Shown here: positions 7,956-15,963 of the stretch, piece after piece
How positions within the stretch are numbered: the stretch's first letter is position 1
How the letters are laid out: each line of letters begins with the position of its first letter
NCBI GenBank assembly: GCA_039935955.1
Contig: JBDTJH010000210.1
Span: 2,799 to 66,798 of the forward strand
From: Gemmatimonadaceae bacterium
GTDB lineage: Bacteria; Gemmatimonadota; Gemmatimonadetes; Gemmatimonadales; Gemmatimonadaceae
Reading direction: 5' to 3'
DNA length: 64,000 nucleotides
The notes under the pieces: model-generated
What the model was told of the DNA's origin: nothing
Database searches by the model: none
Seen by the model: the letters and a program-made list of their open reading frames with translations, nothing else
Program-made: the position numbers and the translations under genes

Positions 7956-9962
7956 ATGTCGATCTCTCGCCATGCACTCGCGCTCGCGAGCTGCGCGACC
8001 GTTGTCGCCTGCTCGGCAATGACGGATCCGTCGGCCTCTACCAACTCTCCACAGTCACTTGCGAGATGGATGATCATCTCGCCGGCGCAGCCGACGATAC
8101 CACCCGGCCAGACTCTGCTTCTCTCCGTTCGCATGCTGGACTCGGCCGGTCGCGACATCGCCGGCCAGCCCGAGTTGTGGACCACGAGCGACTCCTCGAT
8201 CGCATCAGTAGCCAGCGATGGAATGGTGAGCGCGCACTCCATCGGGAACGCGCAAGTCACGATCACGTCGGGAAACCGACGCGTCTCTGCGCTCGTGACC
8301 GTGTCGAACACATCGCCCGCGCCGACGTGGGTAACAGTGGACCCTGGAACCGCGCAGGTCTCCGTTCGCAGTACGCTCCGCTTGCTGTCGTCCGTAACGG
8401 ACGTCCACAATCACCCGCTTTCCAACGTACGAGTGACGTGGACGAGTGCCGACCCGTCGGTCGCTGGCGTCGATTCGACTGGCGTTGTTACCGGTGTTAC
8501 GACCGGTTCGGTCAACATTATCGTACATACGGCTTCGAATCAGGCTACGGCGCAGCTGACTGTAGTAGGCGCCAGCGCGACGCACCCTCCTGCGCCGCAG
8601 ACGCCGAACCAGCCCGCTCCGCCCCCGCCGCCGCCGCCGCTCCCACCGACATCCGCAGGCTCGTTGTATAGCGGATATAGCGCCGTCTCTCCGCACTGGC
8701 CGCACATCCGCACCGCCATCACTGACTTTTATTACTCGTGGAACGACGTTGAACGGCAGTGGGCGGGTCAGCACTACGACCTCTCGATGTCAGGGAGTGC
8801 CGCCGCGTGGAAAACCGTAAACCCGACGATCCAGAATTATCCGTACGTCCTCCTCGGCTTCACCGTGCTGCCCGCCGCGACGCCGTCAACCGGTATCCCC
8901 TCGAGCCAGTGGTACGACGATGCGGTGAGATGGTATTCGGGTCATACGCAGTACAACATCGAGACTGCATTCCTGCATCGCCTCGGTCAGCCAGCTGATG
9001 CCGCGCATCGCCTCAAGCCCTACGGATGGAGCTCCTATATCTGGGTTATCAACCCTGGAGATCCCGGCCTCATCGCCTACCAAACGGATCGTTTCCGGCG
9101 TCTCGCCTCGGGCCAGGATGGTCTCTTCATCGATGTTCAGGCATCGGGGGATTTCGCATCGTTTCTGAAGGACTCCAGTGGCCGCTCGAGCGAGTATACG
9201 AGTAGCGGTACCAGCTGGCCGCCCAGCGGCCAGTATTTTTCCGATTACGCGGCGCTGCTTCGCGCGCTCAAGAGCGCGGTTGGAACGGCCGTGCTGCAGC
9301 CGAACACTGCGACCTACAGCTTCGATCCCGATTTTGCGGACGTCAGCGCTGCCGGCGCTACGCACATGGAGAAGGCGAACAATCCGCTCTTCAGCGGACT
9401 GCCCGCCACCTGGAGTTGGATCGACAAGATGATCGGCGCTTCGGTGTCCGTGAACTTCGTCGATGCGCTCGACTATTCAGACATGAATTCCCTGAAGGTA
9501 CGTCTGGGGGGCAGCGCAGACAGTGCGTTCCATCGGATCAAGATGTTCGAGCTCGCCAGCTACTACATGGTCGTCCCCCATTCGCCTGACAAACTGCAGC
9601 TTCAGCTCGTGAACGAATGGAGCCGCCCCTTCTCGACGGTGTGGATAACGGCGCAGGAGGCGAACATCGGACACCCGACGGACATGCGTCAATCGCTGTC
9701 ACAGTCGGTTGTGGGCACCGATCCGTCCGGTCAGCAGGTGGTAGTGTATCAGCGCGACTTCGATCGTGCCCTCGTGATAGCACGGCCACAAACGGGATGG
9801 GGGACGCAACGCTACGACGATGCGTCAGCTGTTTCGATCCCACTTCCATCGAGCGAGACATGGGTTCCTCTGCACGCCGACGGAACCCTCGGCTCGCCCG
9901 TGACCACCATCAAGCTGAGAAACGCGGAGGCGGCGATTCTGATAAAGAAGCGAACGATTTAG
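7956..9962 (+). CDS. Secreted lipoprotein: two Big_2 domains, a Pro-rich linker and the same unassigned roughly 430-aa C-terminal domain (paralog B)
   Basis: The lipobox is LASCATVVAC. Two Ig-like repeats are present (…TSDSSIASVASDGMVSAHSIGNAQVTI… and …TSADPSVAGVDSTGVVTGVTTGSVNII…). The linker reads PAPPPPPPPLPP. The C-terminal domain shares AAWKTVNPT..YPY and the terminal DGTLGSPVTTIKLRNAEAAILIK with paralog A. Confidence 0.8.
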   Translation: MSISRHALALASCATVVACSAMTDPSASTNSPQSLARWMIISPAQPTIPPGQTLLLSVRMLDSAGRDIAGQPELWTTSDSSIASVASDGMVSAHSIGNAQVTITSGNRRVSALVTVSNTSPAPTWVTVDPGTAQVSVRSTLRLLSSVTDVHNHPLSNVRVTWTSADPSVAGVDSTGVVTGVTTGSVNIIVHTASNQATAQLTVVGASATHPPAPQTPNQPAPPPPPPPLPPTSAGSLYSGYSAVSPHWPHIRTAITDFYYSWNDVERQWAGQHYDLSMSGSAAAWKTVNPTIQNYPYVLLGFTVLPAATPSTGIPSSQWYDDAVRWYSGHTQYNIETAFLHRLGQPADAAHRLKPYGWSSYIWVINPGDPGLIAYQTDRFRRLASGQDGLFIDVQASGDFASFLKDSSGRSSEYTSSGTSWPPSGQYFSDYAALLRALKSAVGTAVLQPNTATYSFDPDFADVSAAGATHMEKANNPLFSGLPATWSWIDKMIGASVSVNFVDALDYSDMNSLKVRLGGSADSAFHRIKMFELASYYMVVPHSPDKLQLQLVNEWSRPFSTVWITAQEANIGHPTDMRQSLSQSVVGTDPSGQQVVVYQRDFDRALVIARPQTGWGTQRYDDASAVSIPLPSSETWVPLHADGTLGSPVTTIKLRNAEAAILIKKRTI

Positions 9963-12900
9963 TCACGGATCAAATGGGTCGTCATCACCCGAGTCGTCGG
10001 ACGGGGGGCCACCCAGCCCCGCAGCTTTCTCGACTCGCAGCACCTGTCGCTGCGTCGCGCCGCCCGCAGTCATCGTGACGACGTAGTCGCCGGTCTCGAC
10101 GATGGTGCCGCCGCGACGCCCGCCGCCGAATCCGCCTCCCGGCAAGGCCTTGCTCGCGCGCACTGCTCCCAACACGTCGCGCAGCACCTCCTGGCTCACG
10201 GCGCCTTCCTCCCCTTCGCCCCCCTCCCCACCCGCTGCCGCACCGGGCGCCTTTACGCTGTCCGCGCCGTGATGCCCCCCATGATGCGGCAGAGGACTCT
10301 CCGCCGGACGCTCGGCGAAGTGTCCACCGCCGCCACCGCCGCCGCCGGACGCACGCTCGAACAGCTCGCCGATGGTGCCGTTCTCGAGATGCTCACGCAC
10401 GGTCTCGAGCACCGGCTTGGGTGCGACGCCCGCGGTCGCGAGCGAGTCGAAGACATGGTCGAGCTTTCGCGCGGTGACGAGGCTGTCCCGTCGTCCCGCG
10501 GGTGTGAGCGGCGTCGGCGCCGGCGTCTTCCCCGTGAGATCCCAGGCGACGTGATGAATCCCCGCGCCGCCGCGTCCCGTCAGCGATTTGATGGTGTCGC
10601 CCTTCACGTTCGTGATCACGAGCTTCACCGTGTCTTTCTGCGTTCCGCCCGTGAGCCGGTAGACGATGTCCGCGCCGAAGGGTGCGCTTCGCCCCTTGAA
10701 GACACTCTGACCCGCGGTGAGGTCAGCGCCCGGCGACTCTCCGAATGCGTACGCCGTCTTCGGCGCAAAGAGATACCCGCCGCTCTTCGCGTACACGCTG
10801 TCGGCAAGCTGCTCGAGCGGCGCCACGTCGGCGATCCAGATGCCCCGTCCATGCGTCGCCGCGATGATCTCGTGGTCGCGCGGGTGGATCTTGAGATCGT
10901 GCACCGGTACCGTCGGCAGCCCGCTCATGAACTTCTGCCAGCTCTGCCCGCGATCGCGCGAGATGTACGCGCCCACATCCGTGCCGACGTAAAGCAGGTC
11001 GCGGTTCACCGGATCCTCGCGGATCACGTGGAGGAAATCGGGACCTCCCTTCGGCAGATCGCTCGCGATCGACTTGAACGTCTTCCCGAAGTCGCTCGTG
11101 ACGAAGAGGTAGGGCGCAAAATCGTCGACGCGATGACCATCGAATGCCACGTAGAAGGTCGCACTGTCGAAGTGCGACGGCTCGATGCGAACGACGTACG
11201 TCTTCGGCGGGACACCGGGGAAGCGCCCCGTGAGATTCTCCCATGTAGAACCGTTGTCGTGCGTGAGCCAGACGTTGCCATCGTCGGTGCCGGCCATGAG
11301 CAGCCCCGGACGCACGTACGATTCGGCGAGCGTCGTGATCGTGCCGTACGTCTCCGCGCCGGTCGCATCGTTCGTGATGCCGCCGGTCGAGTCCATGCTC
11401 CACCGCACCTTCGCCATGTCGTGCGTCGAGAGGTCGGGAGAGATTGGAAGGAAGTCGTCACCGCGGTTCGTCGACATGAGCACGCGATTGCCCGCGGCGT
11501 AGATCGTCGAGGGCGCGTGCGGAGAGATGATGTACGGCGTGTTCCAGTTGAAGCGGAGATCGAGGTCGGTCGAGTCCTTCTCCTGCATCGCGCGCAGCTC
11601 GGCGAGGCGCTTCTTCCCGGACGACGGTAGCGGCTTCGCGGTGTCTCCGCGCGCGACGAGGATCGAATCCTCGATCTGCAGATAGCGCGGACGCCACGTG
11701 GGCTTTACGAGCGGCTTGCTGTCGCCCGTGGCGTAGTCGAGGCGGCGGATGTTGCCGCCCTGCGATTCGGCGTAAATAATGTCGGGGTTCGTCGGGTCTT
11801 GCGCGGTGTAGAAGCCATCGCCGCCGCCGACGGTGAACCAGTCCGCATTCGTGATCGCACCGCGCTTGCGGCTCGGACCGCACCAGCTGCCGTTGTCCTG
11901 CAGTCCGCCACATACGCGATACGGTACCGCCATGTCGTAGCTGACTTCGTAGAACTGTCCGATCGAGATGCGATTGAGGAAATCGAAGTTGCCGCCGCGA
12001 TCCCACGTCTGCGACACGCCGCCATCATCGCCGACGAGAAAATGCTCCCCATCATTGGGATCGATCCACATCGCGTGGTGATCGACGTGAACGCCGATGG
12101 TCCCGCTGCGCACCGTCTTGCCGCCATCATCGGAGAAACTGAACGGCGTGGATGTCCAGTAGACGCGATTCGACAGCTTCGGATCGACGCGCACCTGCGA
12201 GTAATAGAACGGTCGCACGTCGACATCGTTCATCCACCGCCACGTCTTGCCCGCGTCCTGTGACCGATACAGTCCGCTCAGTAGTCGCTGCCGCTTCGCC
12301 GCCTTCGGCTTCTCCCCCGCAGAGTCGCTCGACGGCGCGCGCAGCGCATGTGTTGCACCGCGCAGCGAGTCCGCCTCGACGAGTGCGTAGACGGTGGCGG
12401 GATTGCTACGCGAGATGGCAACGTTGATGCGCCCCTTCATCGTCTCGGGAAATCCGCCGCCTTCCACCTTCGTCCACGTCGCACCGGCATCCGCGCTGCG
12501 CCAGAGCGCGCTTCCGGGTCCGCCGCTCTTTAGGAAGTACGGACCGCGCACTCGCTCGTAGCTCGACGCCCAGATCACATCCGGATTCGAGGGATCCATC
12601 GCAACGTCGACGAAGCCCGCCTTGTCGCTCACGAACTTGATGAGCTGCCAGCTCTTCCCGCCGTCCGTGGTCTTGTAGAGCCCGCGCTCGGGATTAGAGC
12701 CCCATACATGACCGAGTGCCGCGACGTAGACGATGTTCGGATTGGTGGGATGCACAATGATGCGACCGATCTGCTGCGTCTTCTCGAGTCCCATGAGCTT
12801 CCATGTCAGCCCGCCATCGGTGCTCTTGAAGATCCCGCCGCCCGGCGAGATCGAGTTGCGCGAGTTCTGCTCGCCGGTGCCGGCCCAGATCTCGTCCGTG

Positions 12901-13220
12901 TCCGACGGTGCGATCGCGAGCGCGCCCATCGAGACCACGCGCTGGTCGCCAAAGAGCGGGCGGAATGTCGTCCCCGCATTCGTCGTCTTCCAGATGCCGC
13001 CCGCGGCGCTCGCGACGTAGAATGTCTTCGACGGACTCGGAATTCCGACGATGTCCGCGATGCGCCCGCCCATGTCCGCGGGCCCGATGTTGCGCCACGC
13101 GAACGAGGCGAGCGTGGCCGAATCGAGTGGGGTGGCGCGATGCTGAGCACGCGCGGGAGTCGCGGAGACCACTAGCGATGTCATCAGCGACGCGAGGGCA
13201 ATCGGACGGGATCTATTCAT
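9963..13220 (-). CDS. BNR/Asp-box repeat beta-propeller protein (sortilin/VPS10-like, GH74-like fold), secreted
   Basis: The start is MNRSRPIALASLMTSLVVSATPARAQ (ATG 13220), with an alternative ATG at 13235. Repeated S/T-x-D-G-G-x-T/S-W boxes occur (STDGGLTW, TTDGGKSW, SADAGATW, SQDAGKTW, SDDGGKTV, HDNGSTW, SRDRGQSW). The C-terminal tail is Gly/His-rich. The 1355-aa ORF extension overlaps the GT2 gene and is rejected. Confidence 0.85.
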   Translation of the reverse strand: MNRSRPIALASLMTSLVVSATPARAQHRATPLDSATLASFAWRNIGPADMGGRIADIVGIPSPSKTFYVASAAGGIWKTTNAGTTFRPLFGDQRVVSMGALAIAPSDTDEIWAGTGEQNSRNSISPGGGIFKSTDGGLTWKLMGLEKTQQIGRIIVHPTNPNIVYVAALGHVWGSNPERGLYKTTDGGKSWQLIKFVSDKAGFVDVAMDPSNPDVIWASSYERVRGPYFLKSGGPGSALWRSADAGATWTKVEGGGFPETMKGRINVAISRSNPATVYALVEADSLRGATHALRAPSSDSAGEKPKAAKRQRLLSGLYRSQDAGKTWRWMNDVDVRPFYYSQVRVDPKLSNRVYWTSTPFSFSDDGGKTVRSGTIGVHVDHHAMWIDPNDGEHFLVGDDGGVSQTWDRGGNFDFLNRISIGQFYEVSYDMAVPYRVCGGLQDNGSWCGPSRKRGAITNADWFTVGGGDGFYTAQDPTNPDIIYAESQGGNIRRLDYATGDSKPLVKPTWRPRYLQIEDSILVARGDTAKPLPSSGKKRLAELRAMQEKDSTDLDLRFNWNTPYIISPHAPSTIYAAGNRVLMSTNRGDDFLPISPDLSTHDMAKVRWSMDSTGGITNDATGAETYGTITTLAESYVRPGLLMAGTDDGNVWLTHDNGSTWENLTGRFPGVPPKTYVVRIEPSHFDSATFYVAFDGHRVDDFAPYLFVTSDFGKTFKSIASDLPKGGPDFLHVIREDPVNRDLLYVGTDVGAYISRDRGQSWQKFMSGLPTVPVHDLKIHPRDHEIIAATHGRGIWIADVAPLEQLADSVYAKSGGYLFAPKTAYAFGESPGADLTAGQSVFKGRSAPFGADIVYRLTGGTQKDTVKLVITNVKGDTIKSLTGRGGAGIHHVAWDLTGKTPAPTPLTPAGRRDSLVTARKLDHVFDSLATAGVAPKPVLETVREHLENGTIGELFERASGGGGGGGGHFAERPAESPLPHHGGHHGADSVKAPGAAAGGEGGEGEEGAVSQEVLRDVLGAVRASKALPGGGFGGGRRGGTIVETGDYVVTMTAGGATQRQVLRVEKAAGLGGPPSDDSGDDDPFDP

Positions 13221-13411
13221 GAGACGGGCAGTCATGGGCGGGAGGCGGGGCGAGAAGAGGCTCGAGATCACTGCGGATGTCATGACTACGTCAACATCCG
13301 CCGATGCGTTGGGTTTCGCACGGAAATGCCAATCGCAACCGCGTCTTGAATGTCCCCGGCTGCATCGCGGCACTGCACGAGGCCGCCAGCACGCGAGTGG
13401 CGCCCTCAGCG

Positions 13412-14584
13412 CTACTCGGGAATCGCGGCGCGGCGAGTCGGCTCCCACATCGGCAGCCGCTTGCTGCGCATCGCGAGAATCCACGCGCTCAACCCTCCGA
13501 GAGTCGAGGCGAGCGCAAAGCCTGCCACCGCGATGGGCAGCGGCACGCGGTGTCCTTCGGGCCAGCGCATCGCGGCCAGTCCCGCGGAGATTCCCGCGAT
13601 GATGGCGAAGACGAGCGCGAGCGCGACGCGCGACGACAGCGCGAGCCACACGATGCCGACGATCGCCAGCGGGATCGAGAGATAGACCAGCCAGCGCGCA
13701 AGCTTGTGGCTGGCGAGCGCAAAGGCGAAGGCGCCGTAGCGGATTGGATTCAGCAGCGACGCTCCGTAGCGCAACGTCTCGAGCCCCTGCGCCATCGTGC
13801 GCGCCTTCCGCTTCGTCTCCGCACGCAGCGACGGCGTGCGTGGCACGACGGCCGTCGCCTCGTTCACGGATACGGCGCGCAGGCCGAGCCGCTTCGCGAT
13901 GAGCGCGCTCGCAAAGTCGCGCGCGAGATCGTCGCGGAGCACGGTGCGTTGAATCTGCACCCGCGTGGCATAGCAACAGCCGCTCGCGCCGACGATGCCG
14001 CCGAGCCGTGTCTCGAGGTCGCGGACCCACATCTCGTAGCCGACGTAGCCGGACTCTCCGCGATTGCCTTCGACCTCGGCGCCCACGCTGATGTCGCGCC
14101 CCGATGCGACACCGATTGTCGGATCCTGGAAGGTGCGCACGAGCGCCTTCACCGAGTGCGGCTGGATGCGGATCGAAGCGTCGGTGTTGACGATGATCTC
14201 GCCGCGCAACGCCGCCGCCGCGGCATTCTCCGCCGCCGTCTTCCCGCCGCGCTGCGCGACACGATAGAGCTCGACGCCTCGGTCGGCGTACTCGGCCACG
14301 ATGCGGTCGGTGTCATCGCTCGATGCATCGGAGACGATCAGGATCTGCCGGCGATCGGCAGGATAGTCGATGGCGAGCAGACTCTCGATCGTCGAGCGGA
14401 TGCGCGCGGCCTCGTTGTACGCGGGGACGGTAATCGAGATGAGGGGCCACGTCGCCGGGTCGGCCGGCACGGCGCGCGGCGAGCGGAAGCGCGAGACAAT
14501 CCAGAGTGCGGCGGGATAGCCTGCATACGCCCAACCGAAGATCGCGACGGGAAGCGCGACGAGGATGTACGGGACGCTGCTCAC
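13412..14584 (-). CDS. Membrane-integrated family-2 glycosyltransferase (synthase-like topology)
   Basis: The GT-A signature is ISITVPAYNEAARI...IVSDASSDDT...IVNTDAS. TM helices are present at the N-terminus and at the C-terminus. The GTG start at 14584 overlaps the upstream stop as GTGA. Confidence 0.85.
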   Translation of the reverse strand: MSSVPYILVALPVAIFGWAYAGYPAALWIVSRFRSPRAVPADPATWPLISITVPAYNEAARIRSTIESLLAIDYPADRRQILIVSDASSDDTDRIVAEYADRGVELYRVAQRGGKTAAENAAAAALRGEIIVNTDASIRIQPHSVKALVRTFQDPTIGVASGRDISVGAEVEGNRGESGYVGYEMWVRDLETRLGGIVGASGCCYATRVQIQRTVLRDDLARDFASALIAKRLGLRAVSVNEATAVVPRTPSLRAETKRKARTMAQGLETLRYGASLLNPIRYGAFAFALASHKLARWLVYLSIPLAIVGIVWLALSSRVALALVFAIIAGISAGLAAMRWPEGHRVPLPIAVAGFALASTLGGLSAWILAMRSKRLPMWEPTRRAAIPE

Positions 14585-15750
14585 GAGTGGCTTCCGCCCC
14601 GCGCGCGTGCCCCGATCAGGTGGCGGTAAAGCTCTTCGTAGCGCTCGGCCCACGGCGCCACGTCGTACTCGCTGCGCTGTCGCTGCTGGCCCGCCTGCGC
14701 GCGCTCGGAGGCGGCGCCCGGATCATCGATGGTCGCGCGGATGGCGGCCGCGAGGGCACGCGGATCGTCTGCGGCGACGAGCACTCCTTCCGCGGGCGAG
14801 AGCAGATCCGGGATGCCGCCCACGGCGGTAGTCACGATCGGCACGCGCGCGGCCATCGCCTCCAGCAACACCATCGGCAGCCCCTCCGCCCGCGAGCTCA
14901 TGACGAAGACATCGAAGGCTGCGAAGTAGCGCGCCGCATCGGGCACGGTGCCCAGCCACTGGAAGCGTCCCGGAGCAAGTGACTCGGCTCGAGCCTCCTG
15001 CGCGGAGCGCTCGGGGCCGTCGCCGACGATCGTAGCGCGGATGACGCGGTCGCCGATGGCGTGAATGGCGTCAATGAAGACGTCGACCCCCTTCTCGATG
15101 CTAACTCGGCCGACCCAGCCGGCTACTAGCCCCTCCGGGGCGAGGCCGAGGGCGAGCCGTGCGGCGGCTCGGTCGACGGGATTCGGGTGGGCGGCGAGAG
15201 CGTTGGCGATGATATGGGTACGGGTCTCCGGCACGCCGCTGGCGCGAAGGAAGGCGGCCTGTGGCTGCGAGACGACCACGACAGCGTCGAACCGTTCGAA
15301 CGCGCGGCGCTGGAGCGCTTCAAAGGTGCGGTTCTTTAGCGAACCACCAGTAAAACCGTGAACGGTGGTTACTATTGGAAGCCCTTCGCTGCGACCCGCC
15401 ATCCCCCCCACGATGTCAGACCTGTAACCGTGTGTATGCACTACACTTACATGCTTGTCAGCGCACAGCTTCCTGATCAGCCGGCATTCGCGAAGATAGC
15501 TTCGGCGGGCGACGGTGAGCGGGATGATCTCGACGCGACTGCCGGCAAGGGAGGCAAGAAAGCCCTTCCCGTCGTCCTGGGCCGAGAGCGTCGGGGCCAC
15601 GATTACTCTATGCCCCGCACGGCTTTGCGCCCGCGCAAGCATCGAGACGACCGTCTCCAGCCCCCCTACCGGAGCGGGGGCGAGCAGATGCAGAATAGTG
15701 AGCGGCGTGGACAGTGCGGTTGGGTCGGAAGGATACGGGTGGCCGAGCAA
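14581..15750 (-). CDS. Family-4 (GT-B) glycosyltransferase
   Basis: The N-terminus reads ILHLLAPAPVGGLETVV. The C-terminal GT1 motif is SRAEGLPMVLLEAMAARVPIVTTAVGGIPDLL. The only in-frame start is TTG at 15750. Confidence 0.88.
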   Translation of the reverse strand: MLGHPYPSDPTALSTPLTILHLLAPAPVGGLETVVSMLARAQSRAGHRVIVAPTLSAQDDGKGFLASLAGSRVEIIPLTVARRSYLRECRLIRKLCADKHVSVVHTHGYRSDIVGGMAGRSEGLPIVTTVHGFTGGSLKNRTFEALQRRAFERFDAVVVVSQPQAAFLRASGVPETRTHIIANALAAHPNPVDRAAARLALGLAPEGLVAGWVGRVSIEKGVDVFIDAIHAIGDRVIRATIVGDGPERSAQEARAESLAPGRFQWLGTVPDAARYFAAFDVFVMSSRAEGLPMVLLEAMAARVPIVTTAVGGIPDLLSPAEGVLVAADDPRALAAAIRATIDDPGAASERAQAGQQRQRSEYDVAPWAERYEELYRHLIGARARGGSHS

Positions 15751-15796
15751 ATGTCGGCGCCATCAATAGACGGCGCAACTAGTCGAATCGTCCCTG

Positions 15797-15832
15797 CTGA
15801 GGGCACGGCTCGTGCTCGATGGGTGCCCTGAG
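15797..15832. promoter_or_regulatory. Imperfect inverted repeat carrying two weaker, divergent sigma-54-like -24/-12 matches
   Basis: The repeat is ctgaGGGCAC-N16-GTGCCCtgag. The plus strand reads GGGCACggctcGTGCT (15801-15816). The minus strand reads GGGCACccatcGAGCA (15828-15813). Both keep GG-N10-GC spacing but lack the leading T and match the -12 element poorly. Confidence 0.25.
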
Positions 15833-15963
15833 CTTGCTTCGCGCGGCGAGGCGGATGCTCCACTCGCCTTCGCAGCCCGTACCATACAGATGAGCCGACG
15901 ATCGCCGACGAAATCGTAGTAGTCCCTCCGCCTCGAACGGACAGCCAAGCGCTCGACCGGTCG

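Noticed and set aside
13221-14030. N-terminal 270-aa extension of the 1355-aa ORF for the BNR protein.
   Set aside because: It overlaps the GT2 gene (13412-14584) in another frame and is Arg-rich. A clean signal peptide starts at ATG 13220.
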